DNA of 40,324 bases, taken from NCBI GenBank assembly GCA_016650015.1, contig JAENWV010000001.1:1-40324 (forward strand), read 5' to 3'. Both the position numbers and the translations under genes were made by a program. Shown one piece after another: positions 34,173 through 40,324 of the stretch. A model generated the notes under the pieces. The model did not search any database. It saw only the letters and a program-made list of their open reading frames with translations, and was not told the DNA's origin. Source of the stretch: Thermoleophilia bacterium. GTDB lineage: Bacteria; Actinomycetota; Thermoleophilia; BMS3ABIN01. Positions within the stretch are counted from its first letter, which is position 1; every line of letters starts with the position of its first letter.

Positions 34173-35417
34173 TTATCGCTGATACCTCGAAAAACGCGAT
34201 ACATACTCACGAGGCAGGCGGGCACGAACGATGACTCCCTCGGGAGTGTTCTCCAACTCAACATTAGTGGCAATTCTATGGATATCGCCAATTACGCGGC
34301 CATCACCATATGAAAAGAACAGTTCCACTAATTCCAGACCGGCATCGAAGAATTGCTTGACACGTTCCTGGAGAAAGTCCAGGCCGTCACCCTGGAGCGC
34401 TGATATGAATATGGCGTCCGGATAGTTTCTCTTAAGATAACTTCGCTGCTCCGAGTCAATCCGGTCGACCTTGTTGAGCACCAGCAGGCGCGGAATCGAT
34501 GCCGCTTCGATATCGTCCAGCACCTTATCTACCGCTTTGATCATAACGTCAAGCTCATCTTCAGGCGCTGAAGCATCCGCCACATGAAGTATCAGGTTGG
34601 CCACCAGGGTTTCTTCGAGGGTGGAGTGAAAAGCCTCGACCAGTTGATGAGGCAGCTTGCGAATGAAACCGACGGTGTCAGTCAAAAGGTAGGTTTGCCC
34701 TTCGAATTCATAGGAGCGGGTAGTCGGGTCGAGTGTTTCAAAAAGCTGGTCGTTGACGGAAACACCAGCCTTGGTGAGCGCGTTCAGAAGTGTAGATTTG
34801 CCGGTATTGGTATATCCGGCAAGAGCAACCAGCGGCAGGCGGGATGCCAGGCGTGAGCGGCGCATTACTTCACGCGATGATGACACATCCTTAAGGCGCC
34901 GCTTGAGATGACTGATACGGTTGCGGGCAACCCTCTGGTCAACCTCGAGCTTGGTCTCGCCTGGGCCCCTGGTACCGATGCCACCGCCCAGCCGCGAGAG
35001 TTCGATACCCTTGCCACGCATGCGGGTCAGGTTGAATTCGAGCTGCGCCAGCTCCACCTGCAGCTTTCCTTCAGCGGTGTGGGCATGTTGGGCGAAGATG
35101 TCGAGGATGAGCGCGGCGCGGTCGATGACCCGCACGCCGAGCTTGTCCTCGAGGTTACGCTGCTGGGTGGGCGTAAGCTCGTCCTCGACAACCACCAGGT
35201 CGGGCTTCAGGCGGGCGACTTCCTGCTTGAGCTCAACCAGCTTGCCCTTGCCGAAGTAGGTATGGGCTACGGGATGGTCCCGACGCTGAATCATTTCACC
35301 AGCATATTCGGCGCCGGCGGTGGCCAACAGCTCGCGCAACTCGGCCAGAGACTCATACCCCTCTTGATCAGGAGAGGGACCGCTCACTACGGCTATGAGA
35401 TAAGCGCGTTCACTCAC
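34173..35417 (-). CDS. hflX: GTPase HflX
   Basis: HflX N-domain (AELRELLATAG...LTPTQQRNLE), G1 GYTNTGKST, G3 DTVGF and G4 NKVD. GTG start in a GTGA overlap with the upstream gene. Confidence 0.95.
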   Translation of the reverse strand: MSERAYLIAVVSGPSPDQEGYESLAELRELLATAGAEYAGEMIQRRDHPVAHTYFGKGKLVELKQEVARLKPDLVVVEDELTPTQQRNLEDKLGVRVIDRAALILDIFAQHAHTAEGKLQVELAQLEFNLTRMRGKGIELSRLGGGIGTRGPGETKLEVDQRVARNRISHLKRRLKDVSSSREVMRRSRLASRLPLVALAGYTNTGKSTLLNALTKAGVSVNDQLFETLDPTTRSYEFEGQTYLLTDTVGFIRKLPHQLVEAFHSTLEETLVANLILHVADASAPEDELDVMIKAVDKVLDDIEAASIPRLLVLNKVDRIDSEQRSYLKRNYPDAIFISALQGDGLDFLQERVKQFFDAGLELVELFFSYGDGRVIGDIHRIATNVELENTPEGVIVRARLPREYVSRFSRYQR

Positions 35418-36571
35418 AAATTATCTTTTATCCGCTCGAGCGCTTCGATAATCCGCTCGTCGGGCGCGGTCAGGGATATCCTCACGAAGCCTTCGCCGCC
35501 GGGGCCGTAGCCGGAGCCGGGCGGCACTACCACGGCGCACTTGTCCAGGACCATATCGGCGAAGGAAACAGAGGTATAGCCGTCCGGGACCGGCACCCAG
35601 ATGTAGATGGTGCCCTTGGGTGATGCCACATCGATGCCGATCTCGCGCAGCGTTCCCACGACCAGATCGCGGCGTCGCTGATACAGGTCGCACATGTCCT
35701 TGACACACTGCTGCGGACCGGTCATGGCGGTGACCGCTGTGCGTTGAAGGGCCTGGAACATTCCGGAATCCATGTTGGTCTTGAGCCGCCAAAGCGCCTC
35801 GATGATCTCGGCATTTCCTACCGCGGCACCGATCCTCCAGCCGGTCATGTTATATGTCTTGGAGAGCGAGTAGAACTCGATGCCTACTTCCTTCGAACCG
35901 GGCGCCTGCAGAAAGCTAGGCGCCGTGTAACCGTTGAAAGTGATCTCGGAGTAGGCGTTGTCGTGAATGATGGCGATGTCGTGTTTGCGACCGAAATCGG
36001 TGAGACGCTCGAAGAAGTCGTCCTCAATGACGGCGCCAGTGGGGTTGTTGGGGTAGTTGACAAAGAGCATCTTCGAGCGCTTTAAGATGTCAACGTCGAT
36101 GGCTGCGAGATTGGGCTGGAAGCCCAGCTCCGGCTTGAGCGGCATCGACACCGCCGTGCCACCGGCAAGAACAGGTCCGCCGGCATAAACCGGATAACCG
36201 GGATCGGCGCCCAGACAGACATCACCTTCGTCGAGGAAGCTCATACAGATATGGGCGATGCCTTCCTTGGCGCCCAGCAGCGGAAAGACCTCGGTCTCGG
36301 GATCAAGTTCGACCCCGAAGCGGTTCCTGTAAAAGGTAGCGACACCCTCGCGGAACTCGTCCAGTCCGCGATTGTTGGGATATTGGTGGTTGGCCGGGTC
36401 GGCAACCTGCCGCTGCATCTCCTCGACGATGTGTGCCGGCGTCGGCATATCGGGATCCCCGATTCCGAGACTGATGACATCGACGCCCTGCCGGCGCTTT
36501 TCGGAGACCTTGCGTTCGATCTCGGCAAACAGGTACGGTGGCAATCCATCCATGCGCCGCGAAAACCTCAT
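35414..36571 (-). CDS. dapL: Class I/II aminotransferase, LL-diaminopimelate aminotransferase (DapL)-like
   Basis: LPPYLFAEIERKV...ISLGIGDPD, YPNNPTGA and the PLP-lysine motif YSLSKTYNMTGWRIG. It is adjacent to dapF. The exact substrate is inferred. Confidence 0.7.
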   Translation of the reverse strand: MRFSRRMDGLPPYLFAEIERKVSEKRRQGVDVISLGIGDPDMPTPAHIVEEMQRQVADPANHQYPNNRGLDEFREGVATFYRNRFGVELDPETEVFPLLGAKEGIAHICMSFLDEGDVCLGADPGYPVYAGGPVLAGGTAVSMPLKPELGFQPNLAAIDVDILKRSKMLFVNYPNNPTGAVIEDDFFERLTDFGRKHDIAIIHDNAYSEITFNGYTAPSFLQAPGSKEVGIEFYSLSKTYNMTGWRIGAAVGNAEIIEALWRLKTNMDSGMFQALQRTAVTAMTGPQQCVKDMCDLYQRRRDLVVGTLREIGIDVASPKGTIYIWVPVPDGYTSVSFADMVLDKCAVVVPPGSGYGPGGEGFVRISLTAPDERIIEALERIKDNL

Positions 36572-36574
36572 CGT

Positions 36575-37441
36575 CTACAGCTCCTTCAGTCGGTTGATGA
36601 ATTCTTCTGAAAGCGTTCCTGAATAAACCTCCGCGGCCGGTCCGGTCATAACCACGTTCAGCTTCGGATCGACCTCGACCTGCAGCTCGCCGCCGGGCAG
36701 GCTCACGGTCATGGGGCTCTTGACGCCACGAGTCCGGTATGCCGCCACCGCCACGGCGCAGGCACCGGTGCCGCAGGCGCTGGTCTCCCCCACCCCGCGC
36801 TCCCAGACCCGCATGCTGACATCTGACGGGCCCATGACCTTCATGAACTCCACATTGACGCGGTTGGGAAAAAGCTGATGATTTTCAATGGCAGGCCCGA
36901 CGATTTCGAGATCGATGGCGCTGAGATCAGCAGTTTCGATGACGCAGTGCGGGTTCCCCATATCAACAAAGGTGAACTCGAACTCGCCTCCGCAGGCTTC
37001 GAGCTTCTGGCCTGCAGCCTCGCTCTCTGCCCGCACCCCATCGTAACCCACGACACCGCTACCGCCGAGGCGGGCGACTCCCATCTTTACCCTGACCAGG
37101 CCATCCGGCGCCACGGTCGGGGCTATGAGACCGGCGCCGGTGTTAACGGCGAGAGTGGGTTCAGTGGCAAAACCATGGTCTACCAGGCATCGCGCCAGCA
37201 GGCGAATGCCGTTGCCGCACATTTCCGCGGTGCTGCCGTCAGGGTTGAAGATTTCCAGGGTGAAACCGGCTGCTTCTGTACCGCCCCAGAGAAGGATGCC
37301 ATCGGCGCCGATGCCCCAGTGTCGGTCACAGAGGGCGGCGGCACGGGCTGGTGTCATTTCGAAGGCAAGATCTCTCACGGCGACGATAATGTAATCGTTT
37401 CCGAGTCCCTGCCACTTGGAGAATTCAGGCTGAAGCGTCAT
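36575..37441 (-). CDS. dapF: Diaminopimelate epimerase
   Basis: FSKWQGLGNDYIIV, with catalytic Cys motifs MCGNGIR and SACGTGA. I chose the ATG at 37441 (MTLQPEF); the ORF track starts at 37507. Confidence 0.95.
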   Translation of the reverse strand: MTLQPEFSKWQGLGNDYIIVAVRDLAFEMTPARAAALCDRHWGIGADGILLWGGTEAAGFTLEIFNPDGSTAEMCGNGIRLLARCLVDHGFATEPTLAVNTGAGLIAPTVAPDGLVRVKMGVARLGGSGVVGYDGVRAESEAAGQKLEACGGEFEFTFVDMGNPHCVIETADLSAIDLEIVGPAIENHQLFPNRVNVEFMKVMGPSDVSMRVWERGVGETSACGTGACAVAVAAYRTRGVKSPMTVSLPGGELQVEVDPKLNVVMTGPAAEVYSGTLSEEFINRLKEL

Positions 37442-38438
37442 GAATGTGCTCGATGATGGCCGCGGCGGCGGTCGCTGGACTGCGCCCGGCCAGATCGATT
37501 CTAACAATATCAGGCATCTTTCGCGTCCAGGTCAGCTGGCGCTTGGCGTATCGGCGGCTCTTCTGCTTGATGGCAGCGGCGGCCTCCTCCAGTGACATGA
37601 GACCGTCCAGGAAGCCAGATATCTCCCTGAAACCGATTGCCTGAGCGGCTGTAGCCGAGACGACCTTCTGGCGGGCTTCCTGGACTTCCCGCACGGCGCC
37701 CGCGTCGAGCATCTGGTCAACGCGCTCATCTATGCGTCTGTAGAGATCTGAACGCGGCGCCATCAGTCCAAACGAAATCCCCCTGTAGGGCGAATCCGCT
37801 GACCAGAGCCGTTCTCGTTCGACGGAAAGTGGTTCACCGGCGCCGGCGGTGGCAGCTTCAGCCGCTTCCAGGGCGCGAATCAGTCGGCGCGGATTTTCCC
37901 GGTCAACCGTTGAGGCGGCTTCAGGATCAAGGCGGGAGAGTTCCCTGTAACCGGCTTCGACGCCTTCCTCGCGGATAAAATTCTGCCACTTCTTTCTGGC
38001 GCCGTCAGACCGTCCGCCAAAACTGAAACCACCCAGGAGCGAGCGCATGTAAAGCCCGGTGCCACCGATCAGCAGGGGCAGTTTTCCCCGAGTTTTTATA
38101 TCGATGATCATGGCAGCCGCCTCACTGGCGAAGCGCCCGGCGCTGTATTCCTCTTCCAACCCGACCGTACCCACCAGGTGATGTGAAAGGGCGGCAAGCA
38201 TTTCCGGGGAAGGCTGATCGGTGATTATAGGCAGGCCTCGGTATACCTGCATCGAATCGGCGGAGACGATCTCTCCTTTGAGGGCACGGGCCACCTCAAC
38301 CGCTACACGGCTCTTACCAACAGCGGTTGGACCAAAGATTGCAACGACATCTGTAATATCCTGAACTGGCAGCTTTGCCCGCCCTCTGTTATCGCGAAGT
38401 TGCTTTTGACCTTTACCTTGCCGAAATGGGACTCGCAC
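37425..38438 (-). CDS. miaA: tRNA dimethylallyltransferase
   Basis: VAIFGPTAVGKS, DSMQVYRGL.I.T..P, GGTGLY. The GTG start at 38438 is uncertain because the N-terminal ~25 residues are basic and atypical. Confidence 0.9.
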   Translation of the reverse strand: MRVPFRQGKGQKQLRDNRGRAKLPVQDITDVVAIFGPTAVGKSRVAVEVARALKGEIVSADSMQVYRGLPIITDQPSPEMLAALSHHLVGTVGLEEEYSAGRFASEAAAMIIDIKTRGKLPLLIGGTGLYMRSLLGGFSFGGRSDGARKKWQNFIREEGVEAGYRELSRLDPEAASTVDRENPRRLIRALEAAEAATAGAGEPLSVERERLWSADSPYRGISFGLMAPRSDLYRRIDERVDQMLDAGAVREVQEARQKVVSATAAQAIGFREISGFLDGLMSLEEAAAAIKQKSRRYAKRQLTWTRKMPDIVRIDLAGRSPATAAAAIIEHIHDASA

Positions 38439-38790
38439 ATACCAACCAGCAGTTGACGGTCCCTGCCATGGACATGATTAGTCTGCCTGGCGGCGAGCTC
38501 CCTCAAGATACAGTTGAAAGCGCTGACCTCGAGGATGCCCGGATTCGACGTGGTAACCCCGGCGAGCAACCCCTGGCCTCTTCTTTGAATTATAGCTGGG
38601 TTTCACCAGCAATTTATCACTATTGACTTACAGCGTGAACCTCACAGCCAGCACATACATGAACGGGATCATTTCATGTCAACGCTTCCATTGTCTGTCG
38701 GCGATGTCAAAGAAGGCAGCTCGGGAAGCGTGATGCAACCGTAGCAGAGTGCCGCTTCTGTGGATTATTTCAGCGGCGGAAACGAGTATT

Positions 38791-39351
38791 TCAGCAAGCA
38801 CGGCCACCGGCAGGATCCACGCCAGGCTGCCAGCCCTCGTCGAAACGTGAAACGGTGAAACGCTGGATGGCAAACTTGTCCTTGGGATCAATACCGGCTT
38901 TCTGACAGGCGATTCCCAGCTGGTGCTCGATGCTGTCTACGCCTTCGAGATCAGGCAAAAGCACCCCCCGGCGGTACTCGCAGCTGACAATGACCCCGTA
39001 GCGCTTACAATCCAGCTCGCCAGCCGAATCGACCTCCTCGGGCTTGCTCAGCACATCCACACTAAAATTCAGATGATCGAATTCCTCAGCAGTTACGCCG
39101 GGGAAACGCGGATCGCCGAAGGCTGCTGACTGGGCATTACGCAAGATTTCCTGCCCCAGGTCTTTCTCGGCCGGCTCCAAAGTACCGATGCAGCCCCGCA
39201 GATTACCATCTTTTTTAATGCTGACGAAGCATGCCGCTTGCTGCCGGTAAAATTCCTCATCGGGAGGATCCGGCAGCGTTATATATTCAAGCGCAGCCTT
39301 TATAACATCCCTGGCAAAATGTGCTGGATTGGTATCCGGCAGAATCGTCAT
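38791..39351 (-). CDS. AMMECR1-domain protein (AmmeMemoRadiSam system protein A-like)
   Basis: ACFVSIKKDGNLRGCIG, FGDPRFP, RGVLLP. I chose the ATG at 39351 (MTILPD); the ORF is open to the ATG at 39417, so the start is uncertain. Confidence 0.85.
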   Translation of the reverse strand: MTILPDTNPAHFARDVIKAALEYITLPDPPDEEFYRQQAACFVSIKKDGNLRGCIGTLEPAEKDLGQEILRNAQSAAFGDPRFPGVTAEEFDHLNFSVDVLSKPEEVDSAGELDCKRYGVIVSCEYRRGVLLPDLEGVDSIEHQLGIACQKAGIDPKDKFAIQRFTVSRFDEGWQPGVDPAGGRAC

Positions 39352-39441
39352 GCGTATATTTTGTTTGCCATATCGCCTTTTCCTGCCTGAAAAGATAAAA
39401 ACCGTGTTCGGGAACATGATGAGGCTGCAGCTAAAAGCATG

Positions 39442-40260
39442 CTAGCTGACCACGACGCCGGCGTAGCCTACAACCTGGTTATAGTCGCCGGTTACATCGC
39501 CCGAGGTCTCATATTTGACCAGTCGGGCCTCGTTGGCTCCAAGCTCCCGGCAGGCAAACAACATCGTCGCCGCCGGGGCGACGCCACACATGGAGATGTG
39601 GTTTTCCTGGACGGTCTCCAGAAGCCCTTCCGGATCCAGCGCCAGCAGTCTTTCGATGGCAAGGTTATCTTTTTCCTGGGCGGTAACCTGGCTCTCGTAA
39701 TGGGTCATGTCTGAACTTGCCACGACCAGCACGGGAGCCTGTGCGGCTTTGATCGCGGCGGCCAGCGCCCGACCGATATCACGGCAGGAATCGGTACTGG
39801 TCAGCATCAGCGAAACGGGAACAAAATTAACTTCGCCCACAAGATATTGTAAAAACGGGAGCTGGACCTCGATGGAATGCTCAAACAGGTGAGCCCGGTC
39901 GTCGGCCGAAAGTACGCGGCTGTGGGAGATGATTGAATCAGCGAGTGCTTCGTTGATCAGGGCATCGCCACCAGGCAGGCGCCAGGCACCCCTGGTCATG
40001 ATCGAAGCGGCCGGCCCCAGTCCGGTATGGTTCGGTCCAATGATTATGAAAGTCTGTGGAAGTTCGACAGCCCCGTAAACCGCGCCGGCGACATGGCCGG
40101 AGTACATGTAGCCCGCGTGCGGAACCATGACCCCCAAGGCTTTCCGCGTCGGCCCTGGGCCGATCATATCCTTGACTGCGTGCTCGAGAGCCGGACGCGA
40201 CCCCGGATAAAACTGCCCGGCGACAGCAGCTTCCCTTACTGGCGACATTAGTGGATACAC
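39442..40260 (-). CDS. Memo-like protein (AmmeMemoRadiSam system protein B-like)
   Basis: AVAGQFYPG, VPHAGYMYSGHVAG, VASSDMTHY, MCG. GTG start 4 nt after AAAGGGGTGA. Confidence 0.85.
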   Translation of the reverse strand: MYPLMSPVREAAVAGQFYPGSRPALEHAVKDMIGPGPTRKALGVMVPHAGYMYSGHVAGAVYGAVELPQTFIIIGPNHTGLGPAASIMTRGAWRLPGGDALINEALADSIISHSRVLSADDRAHLFEHSIEVQLPFLQYLVGEVNFVPVSLMLTSTDSCRDIGRALAAAIKAAQAPVLVVASSDMTHYESQVTAQEKDNLAIERLLALDPEGLLETVQENHISMCGVAPAATMLFACRELGANEARLVKYETSGDVTGDYNQVVGYAGVVVS

Positions 40261-40264
40261 GGCT

Positions 40265-40324
40265 TCACCCCTTTCCTATATGTTCTTCCCCATTTTCAGC
40301 AAAAACAGTCTGAGCCATGACCGA
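40265..40324 (-). CDS. 3' end of an upstream gene truncated by the window edge (product unknown)
   Basis: The minus-strand frame is open from the window edge (..SVMAQTVFAENGEEHIGKG*). Its TGA at 40267-40265 lies 4 nt upstream of the Memo-like start. Only 19 codons are visible. Confidence 0.3.
   Translation of the reverse strand, partial: SVMAQTVFAENGEEHIGKG

Noticed and set aside
34106-34291. N-terminal extensions offered by the ORF track: dut to 34291, rpsB from 14263, apt to 26307, dapF to 37507, the nucleotidyltransferase to 32685, panD to 3163 and UDG from 4473.
   Set aside because: The extensions overlap neighbouring genes or add non-homologous, low-complexity residues. Internal starts give canonical N-termini and usually a better SD.
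38537-38547. A 10-nt match (CCGGATTCGA) to the T-arm region of the tRNA-Pro gene, which could have been an att-site or tRNA-fragment scar marking an integrated island between 33.4 and 38.5 kb.
   Set aside because: The flanks do not extend the match and no cloverleaf can be drawn. The intervening genes (dut, hflX, dapL, dapF, miaA) are core genes, and no integrase is present.
1-40324. CRISPR arrays, IS elements/transposases, integrases, prophage genes, toxin-antitoxin pairs, and known defence-system signatures.
   Set aside because: I found no repeat-spacer periodicity and no DDE/tyrosine-recombinase-like ORFs. The only tandem repeats are the 24-nt coding repeat in rpsB and the 2 x 22-nt promoter repeat.

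Overview
This is a gene-dense 40.3-kb bacterial chromosomal window with about 50 protein genes and one tRNA-Pro(GGG). I saw no rRNA, CRISPR array, transposase or integrase. Most of it is core housekeeping in recognisable operons. These are an ECF sigma / ZAS anti-sigma pair (121-962); panC-panD, a yjbQ-like gene and an HPS/RraA fusion (959-3992, minus); and an FmdB-like gene, a family-4 UDG and tsaE-tsaB-rimI-tsaD (4319-7857). They continue with rpsB-tsf-pyrH-frr-uppS-cdsA-dxr-rseP-ispG-proS (14377-23998), apt, pgsA, dut, miaA-dapF-dapL-hflX (34173-38438, minus) and an AMMECR1 + Memo-like pair (38791-40260). Four segments are less ordinary. (i) At 26.3-29.5 kb, a divergent cluster places an MglB/MglA Ras-like GTPase pair back-to-back with an operon encoding an RsiG-like coiled-coil protein, a 90-aa orphan, a Zn-ribbon-FHA protein and a MerR regulator. 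An 89-nt nested palindromic element follows it. (ii) At 8.9-13.8 kb there are a Cys-rich orphan, a Met/His-rich lipoprotein, a polytopic 4Fe-4S membrane protein and a BlaI/M56 sensor-repressor pair, which may be a metal/redox island. (iii) A 595-nt AT-rich ORF-free spacer lies at 23999-24593. (iv) An 838-aa nucleotidyltransferase is fused to a phosphohexomutase-like domain whose catalytic loops look degenerate, and a perfect 2 x 22-nt tandem repeat precedes it. The gene orders (rpsB...proS, miaA-dapF-hflX, SigR/RsrA-like pair, FHA+MerR pair near pgsA) are those I associate with Actinomycetota, but GC looks only moderate by eye. A deep-branching or moderate-GC actinobacterial-type lineage is therefore an inference, not a demonstrated fact. 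GTG/TTG starts and 4-nt start/stop overlaps are frequent, and several ORF-track entries needed N-terminal trimming. Nothing here is a proven new system; segment (i) is my best candidate.
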